A stretch of DNA of 63,899 bases, counting the filler, from Aduncisulcus paluster (Eukaryota), in the NCBI GenBank assembly GCA_024181965.1. It is 7 parts of 7 records of this genome, joined end to end, with 100 filler letters (N's around TTAATTAATTAA, not from the genome) between each part and the next. Parts side by side here need not be neighbours in the genome. Positions count along the whole stretch, not along the records: positions 16,904 to 25,277 come from BQXS01012436.1; positions 25,378 to 42,638 come from BQXS01012437.1; 5 more parts are not named here. One strand, 5' to 3'. A model generated the notes under the pieces. It was given only the letters and a program-made list of their open reading frames with translations. It did not search any database and was not told the origin of the DNA. Below are positions 20,419 through 33,161 of this stretch, one piece after another (the first letter of the stretch is position 1; every line of letters starts with the position of its first letter). The translations under genes were made by a program, and so were the position numbers.

Positions 20419-23400
20419 ATGCAATCTAATGCAAAACCAAGTGGATCTGATGAATTATCATCAAGACTTGATAGAATTACCTCAAAATTGAAAGGATTGG
20501 GCATGGGGAGAACATATTCTCATTCTGCTGCTCCTAATCAAGATAAATCAAAAATCACTTCATTTTCCTCGACTTTTTCAACAATTCCAATTCATCAGCC
20601 ATCTATTAATTCTGAAGAAGAGCATAAAACTTCTATTCCTACGCCTTCTTCTTTATCAGGTTCATCCCCTTCTTATAAACCATTTTCTTTGGAGTCTTTA
20701 TTGTCAAACACAAATTCAAATGACAATTTGCATTATGATTACTCGAAACCTCCTCCACATCAGATGTCTCCAAGAATTCTCTCCACAAAATCTGCTGAAT
20801 CGTCCTTATCACCGAGTCTCATGGATGATTCCGCCGTTAGAGATTCATATCGGGTGAATCCTTTTACTTCTCATATCCCCCAATTCAGACTCTCTCATTT
20901 ATCTCATACAGAACCCCCTCCTGATGAAACTCAATTATCGTCGTATAAATCATCCAAACGGCATCTTCAACGTCCCAAATATGCTCCTCCACCAGCCCCT
21001 CCTACGGTACAGACACTTACGGCCGCCCTGGTCTCGAAAGAAGACTTCAGCCATGCAGATGACCCATATTTGCCTGCTCGCTCGGTCCCATCTGACTCAC
21101 TTCATAAATACCCATCATATTTAGAACGAACATCCTCATATGGCCAGTTTGGCATCCATACTGCCTCTGAGGCCGATTCTCTTCATCTCCAGCAGAGATT
21201 CCACTCACAACATGCTTCCCGACTTATAAATCAGCTCACACACTTATGTGGCGATGAAAGAATTCCATTAAACTCTGATGGGATACGATTGAAACCATCG
21301 AATCCTGATTCTGAAGGGCGTTATGATGAAACTGCTCATCCACATGCCATAGATCCTAAAAATAGATCAGAACTATCTCATTTTGGAGAATCGGTTAAAG
21401 AGAAATGATGAAATCNNNNNNNNNNNNNNNNNNNNCGGTCCCATCTGACTCACTTCATAAATACCCATCATATTTAGAACGAACATCCTCATATGGCCAG
21501 TTTGGCATCCATACTGCCTCTGAGGCCGATTCTCTTCATCTCCAGCAGAGATTCCACTCACAACATGCTTCCCGACTTATAAATCAGCTCACACACTTAT
21601 GTGGCGATGAAAGAATTCCATTAAACTCTGATGGGATACGATTGAAACCATCGAATCCTGATTCTGAAGGGCGTTATGATGAAACTGCTCATCCACATGC
21701 CATAGATCCTAAAAATAGATCAGAACTATCTCATTTTGGAGAATCGGTGCAAGATCCACATGCACGTCTTGTTGTTTCATCGTCTGTTGGCGTGCTTGGG
21801 GAGGATCATGATGGTTTTGATATTCCTCTGACATCAATCCAACAGTCTCGTGGAAGCAGAAAAGATGATACCCTTCGGTCTGCATCTCCTCCAAAACCAT
21901 CTCTTGCTTATTATCAATGGAAATCTCATGTCACGCCTGTTTCAGAACTTGAGGACGAGAGGTTGAGAGAAGCTGAGCGGTTGGAAGTTCAGAATAGTAA
22001 TAGTCAGCATCAACAAGTTATACTTCCTCACCCTGCTCCACACAAACCGTCATCCATTGTTATTGGAGGGCATCGAACAGCCATGTCTCCTCCTTCTTCT
22101 ACTACTACCCGCACTGATCGTACCAGTTCATCTTATTCCGCCACTGGTGGGATGAGACCAGTAGCAGCATTCCAAGAACAAGAAGATGATCAACAACCAT
22201 TGTCAACATCTAAGAGTACGGGAATTAGTGGATATTCTTGGATGTTTACAACCTCAACGAAACAATCATCAAGCAATCCAATTTCTCAAAGGATAAAAAT
22301 AGATTCTGGAGAAAGCCAACAACGACATGGACAACAACGGCACCGCCAACATAATCCACAATACCAATCTGCAGTTTATGGAAGCTCTCAAGGCCCTGCA
22401 AGAGTTGATGGGAGAACTCTTTCATATAATCACCCTCTATTGTCCTCCTCCTCCTCCTCCTTCTTCTTCTTCTTCTTCTTCCATTCAAAGAGTTGTTAAT
22501 CGTCACTTCGATGATACTCTTTCTGCTTCATCTTCTGTTAATTCTCTCATTGAGCCATTTGTTGCTGCTGTATGTGAAGGAATGTTTGAGTCAATTAGTC
22601 AAGAGAAGGACAATGCCATTCGAAGGCTCATGTTAGAGTTTGGAGAAGAAGAGGAAGAGGAAAAGGAAGGAAAAGAAGAGGAAGAGGAAGGAAAGAAGAC
22701 AGACTCTCCATCTTCCTCTTCTCTCTCCTCTTCTTACTCTCATGATCCACTTGATCAAAATATGACTCTTGAAGGTATTCTTATTGAAGGAAACACTAAC
22801 TCTGCATGTGTGTTAACAAGTGGAGATATTGATATTCAAATGACTGGTAATATCAATGAAAGTATTGGGAATAGAGAACAAGAAAAAGAGGAGGAGAAAG
22901 ATGAGAAACTTGAAGAATCCAAAGAAATTGGAAAAGAACAAGAGGAAGAGGAAGAGGAAGAGGAAGAACTCTTAATGAATGAGGATGATGAGAACGGAGA
23001 AGAAAAAAGAGAGAATGAACCAACAACAGTTGTAACCTGGGCTTCTTCTCAACCTTCTTCTCAACCCTCCAATACATCTGAGGTTGGGCATCACCATGAA
23101 TCAGAGAGTCAAATACTTCACGGATCTTCTTCTCATTCTCCCTCTCCTTCTTCCGAACAAGGTAAAGATGAGAAACATCATGCTGATCTAATAATAGAAG
23201 ACTCTTTGAAGGATTTACATGTATTTGAGTCTAATATTCTTGATGAAGAAGAAGAAGAAGGCAGAGAAGAAGGTAGAAAGTCTAACTTAGAGCTATTGGA
23301 TGCATCTGTTTCTTCAGAGAAGAGAATTGTTGATATTGGAGCAACTCACAGCGATATGATTTCCAATCCTCAATTGTCAACATTGATGGAAAAAGAAGAA

Positions 23401-23652
23401 CAAATTAGACAGAAAGGAGAGGAGAAAGAGGGAGAGGAGGAAGAGGAAGAAGAGGAAGAGGAGGAAGGAACAACTAAAAACAAAGATGTTGTTGAATCGC
23501 ATGATATCAAAGACTCAAAGGCGATTGTTTTCACTGATGAAGAGAGTTCTGAAGACATAATACAGAAACCGAGTCTTATTCCAGAAAATATTGTGCATAA
23601 ACAGAGGAAAAAACGCCGTGGGCTTTTTGCTTGTTGTTCAAAAAACAAATGA
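20419..23652 (+). CDS. Large disordered Ser/Pro/Glu-rich protein, probably one gene, broken by a gap duplication and a +1 frame discontinuity near 22300-22500; C-terminal polybasic di-Cys motif
   Basis: 21083-21395 is duplicated at 21436-21748. ORFs ending 22499 and starting 22327 overlap in different frames. The C-terminus is KQRKKRRGLFACCSKNK. Confidence 0.55.
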
Positions 23653-24355
23653 AACATACCAAAGCAAAATCGCACACTGATTCCCCATTTATTTCTGTAT
23701 TTATCACGATTTTTGATTGTTCCTCGCGAAAGTTTCTTTCTCTATCGTGTATATTGTGCTATAAAAATCCTATTTAATATTTAATACTATAAATATGTCT
23801 ATGTGATATTCCATTTATTTCAGAGATTAACTTGTGCAAAACGTATATAAAATATTCGTTTGCTGAAACTTGAAGTCACTTCACTCACGGTGAGTCAAGG
23901 TGAGTCTCTCTACTATACTGTACTGTACTATCACAATCCAAGATTCTCTAGGAATATCTTAGTAAAGATTCATATGTTTTGTTATGTTTTTATGGTGGAT
24001 ATTTTATAATATCATCATCACTGACGAAACTAGCTGCTTTAGAGGGTATAATAGGATCTTGGAGATATTCATTATGCTTAATACAATTTCAAAAAATATT
24101 AAACAATACTATTGTTAGTAACAAACAACTACCAGGATTATCATAGGATTCCTACGTCAGTTGGAAATATGGGGGTCTCCTACTCGCATCAGAGAATTAA
24201 AAATAAAAGAGAAGGTAAAATAAATGATATTCCTTTTTCAAACAAGCTCTGGAGGGGAAACCAGGAATCAGACAAATATAGTCATTTACCAATTAATCCA
24301 CAACATTCACAGATTACAACTACAACTTATCATCAAACAATAAAACTTTACAATG

Positions 24356-24573
24356 CAATATGTGAACAAAACTCGGGACTTAGGAAACGATTTTGTGTCA
24401 GGAGTGGAATGACAAGACTGGTACCCAATATATATTAAAAAATTAAAATATCATTATATTGAGACATTGCAATCCAATATGTGAACAAAACTCGGGACTT
24501 TGGAAACGAATTTGTCTCAGGAGTGGAATGACAAGACTGGTACCCAATATATATTAAAAAATTAAAATATCAT
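24356..24573. repeat. Imperfect tandem duplication, ~120-bp period
   Basis: AATATGTGAACAAAACTCGGGACT...AAAATATCAT occurs twice with a few substitutions. Confidence 0.8.
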
Positions 24574-24717
24574 ATTTATTTATTAATATATTATGTGATA
24601 TTACTTTCAATTCTTGTTTAGTATGGTTTTGGTGTTTTCTCCTCAGCTCTTCTCGCTTTGAATATATCTCATAAATATATGTATGTCAGAAATCCAATAA
24701 CATACGCATTATTATAT

Positions 24718-25211
24718 ATTTTATCCATTATTATTCAATATTACTCACTCGTTGTATTATTTTGTTCTTGTCCTCATTTCCTCCTTGAAATTCACTTCAT
24801 GTTCGATGATTGTGGTGACATTCTTTGTTAAAATTATTTTTATTATCGTTTTATCATTGTTCGTGTTCTCATCATAGATATTTTAGAACACAATGGATCC
24901 AAAACCAACCTCAGAACGTAGCCAAGATATTGTATGTTTCTGAAAGTTTTTGAATTTATACATTTTATCCATTATTATTCAATATTACTCACTCGTTGTA
25001 TTATTTTGTTCTTGTCCTCATTTCCTCCTTGAAATTCACTTCATGTTCGATGATTGTGGTGACATTCTTTGTTAAAATTATTTTTATTATCGTTTTATCA
25101 TTGTTCGTGTTCTCATCATAGATATTTTAGAACACAATGGATCCAAAACCAACCTCAGAACGTAGCCAAGATATTGTATGTTTCTGAAAGTTTTTGAATT
25201 TATACATTTTA
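24718..25211. repeat. Apparently exact tandem duplication, 244-bp period, near a contig end
   Basis: ATTTTATCCATTATTATTC...GAATTTATAC is repeated at 24718 and 24962. Confidence 0.8.
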
Positions 25212-25377
25212 TGATGTTTGATATCATTAATTTGAAAAATAATGCCCATATTGCTTTCATAACCCCTTTTCTGTTTCNNNNNNNNNNNNNNNNNNNNNNN
25301 NNNNNNNNNNNNNNNNNNNNNTTAATTAATTAANNNNNNNNNNNNNNNNNNNNNNNNNNNNNNNNNNNNNNNNNNNN

Positions 25378-27470
25378 TTTCCAGTATGTTTGTTGAGCAC
25401 GGGTCTCAGGAAACGTGCTGGAGTAGTAAATAACATCACACCCGGCCACAGACGAGGATTGGTGCTCTTGAGCTGACATACAATCTCAGTCGTAGGAGGA
25501 ACATACAAAGAATCGTCATCAATCTGCTCTTCTTCTTCACTGCCTTCTTCCTCTTCCTTGTCAGAACTGTTATCAGATGTTTTCTTTCTTTCCTCTTCCT
25601 TCTTTTTCGCCTTAGCATACTCCCTTGGATCATTATAATATTCTTTATCGAGAGGATCCTTTGCTTTGACTCTTCTCACTCTCTCACAGAGAGCAACGGC
25701 CTCATCTTCGCTCACATATCCGACAACACAACCGTCAACGATAACCGGAATGTGCACGAGATGTTGTTCGGTCTGGACAGTGGGTTGGGTGAGGTCAGTG
25801 GGAACGATCACTCCAAGGCTGAACAAAGTACGGAGCAGAGCTTTTCTCTGACGACTGGAGATACTGTTACTGAGGACACAGGCATGGGCCAAATGATTAA
25901 GAAGACCACATTGTCCTCCATCTGGAAGATGCACACAACAGAGGAAACCATATGACTCAGGGAGAAGTTTTCTGACGGTCGTAGTTTTCATTTCCTGGAA
26001 GAAAGCACCACGATGGATGCTCCTGAAGTGAGCAAGGAAACGGAATAGATTCAATTTATCGGCAGTGACAGAAAATCCCTTATCCTGCATCAATCCAAGC
26101 CCTGTTCTTGACAATAGATTTCCAGTACTCAAGAAATAATTAACTTTCTTTCCAACATTCACTCTAAATCTCTTCACATGCTGTTTCCACCACATCTCAT
26201 CGTTTACATTGGTTGAGGAATCCTGATGAACCCGCACGAGGCCATTTTTAATCATAATAAGACAATCCTCAATGTTCTCTTTGACCAGTTGGAGCAGAAC
26301 TGAACCACTTGTGTGAACTTCTTGGAGCGAGGTTGCATCAGGGTTTTCTGGGGAAATACTATCGTTAACAAGAGCATAAAGCTTCCGTGTCATCTCGACA
26401 AGGGTGTGATATCTGGAATTGTTGTCAGAAACCTGTGGAAGTATCATTGTGTTCAAGAGAATTTGACCACACTCGACATCTGTCATCTTGTCATGAACAC
26501 CAAGTAAAAATGAGCGGAAGAAAGAACCAAGATAAGCCAAACATTCATATTGATTGAACTTCTCGAATTTATGACTGGAACGAAGCATCATTTCCACACG
26601 CTCACACACAAAAGTATTAGAGAAATCGCCACCAGTGATATCAGTGTGAATTTGTTTATCACTGATGTTGCGACAAGCACGGAGAATAAGCATCAGCGGG
26701 ACAAAATACTCCTGTTTTTGGAGTAGAAAACGAACAGTACAGGCACCATTTGTGAGATAATGGAGGACACAGGTCTGGGCAGTCTCATCTTCAGTCACAC
26801 AACGAATAGAAACTCCGTAATCAGTATAACTTGACCCACGTTTCTTGAATGCATTTCTTTTCATGGCTATTATATGGTTCCGACGTGTAGCGATCAACAT
26901 ACGAACATATCTCTCATTTCCATTCAACAAGAAATATCCACCGGCTTCTCTTTCATCCTCAAGAGCAGCAACCATCCCGGCCCGAGAGCGGTGATGAAGA
27001 TGACACAAAGATGACTTAACCATAATAGGAAGACGACCAAGATCAATATCAGTACTAAAAGAATGAAGAATGGATGCAGATTCAGATGATTTTTTTCCTT
27101 TTGCCATTGATTTCAATTGAGAATATAATTCCTCTGTTTTCCAATATGAACGACAATTATTTTGCAAATTATGTCCTATTTTAATATTCAATTTAATTGA
27201 AAAGGGAGAATCATATGTAAGCCCAGCTTCTCGACATTCAGATGGAAGGAGAGCACGACTAAACTCATTACCACGGCATGGATGAGTTAACTCTGCGTCT
27301 GAAACGGATAATTCAATATCAGGATATCCTGGCTTGGAAAAATATGTTGGTGGAATACTAGCGACAGCTTTCTTTAGCCCAGAACCCAACAAGAAGTTGA
27401 ATGAATCGATGTGTGGACGAATCAACCTTTGAAGTGGATCTTCGGCAGGTAGGAACTTCTTTTCGGCCAT
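25378..27470 (-). CDS. RPA2: RNA polymerase I second-largest subunit (3'-partial)
   Basis: PHIDSFN, LLPSECREAGLTY, LGRLPIMVKSSLCHL, GGYFLLNGNER, HFRSIHRGAFFQEMKTTTVRKLLPESYGFLCCVHLPDGGQCGLLNHL, which are Pol I-type variants of these motifs. Confidence 0.95.
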
Positions 27471-28081
27471 GTATCCTCAATAATACAATTCAAATAAAAT
27501 GAATTGAGCCAAAACCAACGAGCATATGTGATGATTTGCCAATCCTTTTGTTTTAGTGAAAATCGCCAAATAACAGGATCTCCATAAAATTAAAAATAAG
27601 TTTACTTCATAAAAAGTTGATAGGAGTGATTGAAAATTCTTGGATTGAGCATTTAACAAAATTTGTTAAACAAATCACATGCAAAACATCATAGAGCTTT
27701 TATATGATACGGATATTTATTCATCTTTTAATAGTAGAAAAAACATTACTTCCATTTTCTTCCTCCAAAGGTGGCGAAAAAGCGAATAGGAAACCCACAA
27801 AATCCGAAATCACCATGCACGCATTTCATAAATCGAGAAAGAATAAATAAAACGAGATTAATATTATAATGAGCATCAATGACGATTCATGTGAGATACT
27901 TAATAATATTGCAAGGAACATGGTCTCAGCTTGAGATTTTGAAAATCTGTACCATATATACCGTGGTAAATTAATATTGAAGTAATTCACTTTCTTAGCA
28001 CGAGTATAACTGTTAATTAATATTTACAATCGAATGTGGATCATTATCAGAGTTAAGGATAGAGGTGTGGAATGGATGATA

Positions 28082-28840
28082 TCAAGTCCAAGCAATGACA
28101 GCTTTGTGAGCCTGTTGCATTTCTTCCAAACAATCTTTAGCAGTATTTATAAATGTTATCGGAAGTTTAGTTCCGGATTTCCAATTATCAATGAATTGGG
28201 AAATATGATGTAATAGAAAATTGACAGCCTGATATGTTTCATTTCGTAAATACTTGAATTCTTCCAAAGCTGATACCGACGAAGGAATAGAATATGATTG
28301 AATTGACGACAATGAACTTGTTTTGGTTATGATAGCCTGGGTTTTGGCATCAATATCAGCAAAACAGGATATTTGTTTGACTGAACTATCTTTATCAAAA
28401 GGCCGCTTTACGATATCTTTTACAGAATAATCGATATCATCCTCATGTTTTCGACTTAATGCCTTCGATATAGCAAGAATATTTGAGCACATCGAACGGA
28501 GAAGTCGAGGAGCTTGTTCTCTTTGCTTATCATTCTGTGGATTTGAAAATATTAAAACAATCCTGCTCATTTTTTCCTTTTGAGGGAGCTTCTTGGCAAG
28601 AGCGACAACATACGAAACCTCAGAAGAAATAAACCTATACATTTCAGAAGCTTCTCTGGCGCGAAGTAATTGCTCAGTACACTCTTTAGCTTGTATTTTA
28701 AAACGATTCAATTTGGTTAATTCTTCTCTAATGCTATGGATCAGACATGAAGATTCACGGGACAGTTGAATGAGTTCTTCAACAATCCCACGGGTCTCTT
28801 TTGTCATTTTTATAACCCCATCAATTTCTTGTTCCGACAT
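28082..28840 (-). CDS. Hypothetical helical/coiled-coil protein
   Basis: 252-aa ATG ORF flanked by AT-rich DNA; no family recognised. Confidence 0.65.
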   Translation of the reverse strand: MSEQEIDGVIKMTKETRGIVEELIQLSRESSCLIHSIREELTKLNRFKIQAKECTEQLLRAREASEMYRFISSEVSYVVALAKKLPQKEKMSRIVLIFSNPQNDKQREQAPRLLRSMCSNILAISKALSRKHEDDIDYSVKDIVKRPFDKDSSVKQISCFADIDAKTQAIITKTSSLSSIQSYSIPSSVSALEEFKYLRNETYQAVNFLLHHISQFIDNWKSGTKLPITFINTAKDCLEEMQQAHKAVIAWT

Positions 28841-29408
28841 ATATATAATAAGATTATATTAATATTTGGATCAGTGACAATATAGATTTTCGTCTTTGAC
28901 AATTCTGGAGCAGATTCGAAAAAAAAGAATATTATCTTTATTAGATGTTTTAAAACAACATCTAACCTTGCAAAATAAAAACCACACAAAGGGGATCAAG
29001 GGCTATCTTAAATGAGATCAAAAAATTGTATCTTTCATGGTGCACAACACCAATCAGATAACTGGTTATCGCAATATTTGCAATCAGCAGTCACACGCGA
29101 GTCGGTATACCCTCACTCTCAACGTGTCCCTCCAGGGAATGGCAAAAAAAGAAAGAAAATAATTCGCACTCCGAAAAAAGAATTGTGAGAACTAGTCAGA
29201 GCAACAACAGAGAATTGAACAATTAGATACACAATTATCTTCCTAAATATTAATTTAATGGAATTGCATATTATCTTCTTCTAGAATTGCGTGCACTAAT
29301 TTTGCGGAGGTGGCAGTTTTGTTCCCAGCTAATATCATATTATCATAATATTCTTATTTATTTATATTCAGGTGTTAACAATATTACAATTATAAATTAT
29401 TTCAAATA

Positions 29409-29833
29409 ATGCCTTACAAAGATATTACTTGTGAAAAGTTAATCGCCAATCAAGCAAGTATGTGGCAATTTTCTTCCAATTTTCAATCCACCTTTTAATG
29501 CATTGATCTCACTGATTTTTGGAAATCATGATTGTTTTATGTCGTTAAATGTCTGATACAGTTGAAAAAGCTCTATACGAATTTGGATTTCCTAAGGAGG
29601 AACTCGATAAAAAGTCAGATGAATATGCTATAACAGCCATAAAAGATTTCTTATTCAAGGAATTAAGGAGTATTATGGATTTGGTAGGCGAAGCTTGCCC
29701 AAACAAAAAGTCCTTTTCTAGAGTCTTAAAAGAGATATTTTTCTCCAGTGAAATGACTATTCAAGCATCAGAAAAAATTAAAACAAAAACTAAACCCCCT
29801 AAAAAAGCCAAAAAAAGGCATGAAAAAAAATAG
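29409..29833 (+). CDS. Small spliced protein (106 aa), possibly TAF13-like histone fold: exons 29409-29457 and 29562-29833
   Basis: MPYKDITCEKLIANQA-A|GTATGT...CTGATACAG|TT-EKALYEFGF...; the phase-1 join is in frame. ALYEFG followed by a long helix weakly resembles TAF13 MMYGFG. Confidence 0.6.
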
Positions 29834-30094
29834 CGTTCCTGTGCATAAATTGAATCAATAAATTATTTTTCGTGGTTGTTACTGAGCGTATAATTTTTTT
29901 ATTTACTTTTATCTCTCCTACATACCTAAACCTATATTTTTCCGAGGCAGTTCTATTTTGTTCTCACAAATATCTTAAGAGCGTGAAAGGAAGACTTCGG
30001 TTTGGTTTTAACCTTTCATATATATATAAGTGGCAGGTAATAGTGAAAAATAATTGTGTATTGACTTATCGTCTCGATTGATTAAAATATACAC

Positions 30095-32953
30095 ATGGAC
30101 TCACATTTTCTCCACGATAAAGAAGGAGAATATCCCCATATACAGGATAGTTTGAAAACATATACAATTTTTGTCGGATGGCTCCGACGTGGAATATCGA
30201 AAGAAGAAATAACAGAAGCCTTCTCTCACATAGGACCTGTAAGAAGAGTGACTCCAATTGACAGCAAACAAGAAACACATGCACTTGTTGTTTTTGAAGA
30301 TAGAACATCTGTCAGAGAAACCCTTAAACAGATACACATGGGTTCCGAATTTTCCCTTGTCTTAAAGAAATTAGGTCCACCCAGGAGGCCTCCAACGGTT
30401 CGAGCCAGCAACCTTGATAGCTGTATCTCAATAGAACCTGATTCCGGCCAAGTAATTAACCGCCTATACAAATCTGAATTTTTAAAGCACATGAAGACGC
30501 ACTACCCTTCAAATCCATTTACATTACTCGAACATGACTCCCGTCTCTATGTTGAATTCTCCACTCGTGAAGAAGCCGAGATGATTGGCCGTGCTCTCGC
30601 CAAAAAGTATAAATCTCGTTGGGCAGAGGAAAAGAGGCCCCGTGGTGATATTAATAGTCCATTGTATTTCCCCCCTTCTTCCCTGCCAAGTATTCCAACA
30701 AAAATGCAGCGGAGAGGATCCACAACCTCATCTTCATCCCACCAAGGTTACGAAGGAATCCTTCGGTCTCCTAAACGATTCACTCGGTCCCCCCGCGCCC
30801 AATATCATCCTAAATCACCACACGCATCATCCTCAACCTCTACAACATCCTCATCATCCACCTCTTCCCCTCACATGACCCGGAGACAAGATCCTCATCG
30901 TGAGACCAAAGATGCCTCACGAAGGACGGTGTTTGTGAGTGGATTCAACCCAAATCTCGATGAACAAGACCTATATTGTTATTTCAGACGGTGTGGAAGT
31001 ATCGAACGAGTTGTGAAACGTACCAGTGTTCGCTCTCGTCGATTGATTGCTTATATCCTTTATTCATCTATTGCCAGTGCAACCACGGCTTGTAACGAGC
31101 TTAATGGCATGTTTCTTCTTGATAGGGTTATCACTGCCAAACGATCTGCGAGTGCTCCCCCTGTGCAGAGTGTTAGAGACACTCCCCTCAACCACACCTC
31201 TTCTTCAAGTCCCCGTATATGTCAAGTCTTTGGGTTCAAGAGTCGAAAACGTACATCTGTCCTGAAAGAGATCTGCTCCATGCTTCCTCTGGAACTGAGA
31301 AGGATGGTATGCGGCGGTGATGTATGTGGCCTCAGTGATCCCATTGTCGAAAAGTTCACCTCCTCTTCCTCTTCCACTTCCTCCGCCTCCCTTCCTCTTG
31401 GAAGACTTTGTGCTTACGTGAGATTCAGCAAGAGTGAAGGGGCTAGAGCTGCCTGTGGAATATGGTGTGGACGGGGCTTGGAAGAAATAGAAACAGAAGA
31501 TAAGACCCACTCCCCCACATCCACACGCTCGTATCCCCCTTCCTTCTTCTCGTATGTTGTGGATAGCGTGGAGGCCGAGGATTGTGTCCAGAAGACTGAG
31601 GTGAGTTCTTTATGGGTTGAAACAAACCTCGTTACAAAAGAAGAGAAAAAGAGAGAGAAAGAAAGACAAAAACAAAAGGAGAAAGAGGAGGAAGAGAGGA
31701 AGAAAGAAGCGAAGAGAAGAGAGGAAGAACTCAAGATGCAGAAAGAACTCGGCCAATATCTGTCCCAAGAAGACGAGTCCAATGATTCTGTTCCTATCTA
31801 TTGTCTGAAGAAGAGAAGAGAAACGAAGGAACAGTATCCTGTGGTTGAGTCTTCTTCTGCCACCCACATTGAAGCCGACGAGGACTGTGTCGATGATAAT
31901 ATTTCCCAGCATCATGTTCAGGAAAAGGAACCACACCGAGAGCCAAATAGGGAAGATGATACCAAGAATGCTGATCAATTCCAACCATTCTCAATTGGAA
32001 TGTCTTTTCCTTTCGATCAGGATGAATCCCAGGACGACGAGGATGTGTCTATTGATGGAAGGTCTAGAAATGATGAAGACGACGGATTCGGTGAGACAAC
32101 CAAACAGAGCACCGATGAAGGCTCAAGTGGAGAGCGAATCGATACCCCCCCCGTGTTTTCCTTCTTCTCTGCTCCCGATCTGAATCACATGGCCCCAATA
32201 TCTAGGAATGGATCTAATCCACTTATCCCTTCGTTCGCGCTGCCACCTTCCTTACCTTCCCTTTCTTGTCCCCCGCCTCTCTCTGTGTCCTCTGTGCCAG
32301 GTGCTTGCTGTATCCCTGCTCTCGGAGACGTTGATCACTCTCTCCCTCCGGCCTTCCTTCTCTCCACCCCTTCCTCTGCTCCTTCCTCCTCGTCTCTCCC
32401 TCTTCTCTCCTCCATCCCGACTTCTTTGCTGTCCAGACAAGCAGGAGAAGACAAGACAAAACATTCCTCAGATTCCACTCTCTTCTCTGTGCTCGACGTG
32501 TGCACCTGTGGAGCCAGAGATATGGGGAAACACACGCAACATGAGAGAAACTGCCCTATGTTTTGCGTCGAACTCACTGAACGTGAAGGACTTGACTCTG
32601 TGTCGCAAACAACGAGTGAGGAACCATTATTATCTCAAAGATTCCATTCCCTACAGGTGTTCTCAAGTGATATGGACCCATCTGCTACCCTGACAGTGAG
32701 CGGATTTCCTATCCACATGGGTGATATTCCCGTCATAAACTGTTGCTTGAGTGTTCTGAGTGGATGTCAGTGTCCCCACAGAATTGAGGTTTGGAGGTAT
32801 CCGTTACCCGTCGTATTCATTTGTTTCCACCTCGAGGAACATGCACTGGAAGCTTTGGATATCTTCAAAGATAAACCGATTCTCTTTGATAGCTCTTTTG
32901 GTTCAGCTCTCATCCTTAAAGAGTACATTGACAGAAGAGAATTTCTAAAATGA
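30095..32953 (+). CDS. Multi-RRM RNA-binding protein
   Basis: RRM motifs TIFVGWL...EAFSHIGPV...ALVVF; TVFVSGFNPNLDEQDLYCYFRRCGSIERV...AYILY...LNG; CAYVRF; TLTVSGFP. Confidence 0.85.
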   Translation: MDSHFLHDKEGEYPHIQDSLKTYTIFVGWLRRGISKEEITEAFSHIGPVRRVTPIDSKQETHALVVFEDRTSVRETLKQIHMGSEFSLVLKKLGPPRRPPTVRASNLDSCISIEPDSGQVINRLYKSEFLKHMKTHYPSNPFTLLEHDSRLYVEFSTREEAEMIGRALAKKYKSRWAEEKRPRGDINSPLYFPPSSLPSIPTKMQRRGSTTSSSSHQGYEGILRSPKRFTRSPRAQYHPKSPHASSSTSTTSSSSTSSPHMTRRQDPHRETKDASRRTVFVSGFNPNLDEQDLYCYFRRCGSIERVVKRTSVRSRRLIAYILYSSIASATTACNELNGMFLLDRVITAKRSASAPPVQSVRDTPLNHTSSSSPRICQVFGFKSRKRTSVLKEICSMLPLELRRMVCGGDVCGLSDPIVEKFTSSSSSTSSASLPLGRLCAYVRFSKSEGARAACGIWCGRGLEEIETEDKTHSPTSTRSYPPSFFSYVVDSVEAEDCVQKTEVSSLWVETNLVTKEEKKREKERQKQKEKEEEERKKEAKRREEELKMQKELGQYLSQEDESNDSVPIYCLKKRRETKEQYPVVESSSATHIEADEDCVDDNISQHHVQEKEPHREPNREDDTKNADQFQPFSIGMSFPFDQDESQDDEDVSIDGRSRNDEDDGFGETTKQSTDEGSSGERIDTPPVFSFFSAPDLNHMAPISRNGSNPLIPSFALPPSLPSLSCPPPLSVSSVPGACCIPALGDVDHSLPPAFLLSTPSSAPSSSSLPLLSSIPTSLLSRQAGEDKTKHSSDSTLFSVLDVCTCGARDMGKHTQHERNCPMFCVELTEREGLDSVSQTTSEEPLLSQRFHSLQVFSSDMDPSATLTVSGFPIHMGDIPVINCCLSVLSGCQCPHRIEVWRYPLPVVFICFHLEEHALEALDIFKDKPILFDSSFGSALILKEYIDRREFLK

Positions 32954-33161
32954 TTGATAATAGTTGATTTTAATCAACAAAAAATAAATATAATGTATGT
33001 TGATGCTAAAATACGGCCAAATTGTTTATATTTTTTGTCTTTATTTTTCCTTGTTGGAGTATGTCTTGCTCAACAGCCGGCTGAACCGGGATTTAACGAA
33101 GAAAGTAAAATTGTTTATTTCCCCCTTTTCGTCCCCCTTTTTTTTTAAATAATAATTCAAT

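Noticed and set aside
22200..22330. TAA/TAG-to-Gln code (as in hexamitid diplomonads) to bridge the frames
   Set aside because: Conserved genes (RPS15A, RPS18, RPS24, ADI) end at TAA at their expected C-termini and long ORFs have no internal TAR, so the code is standard.
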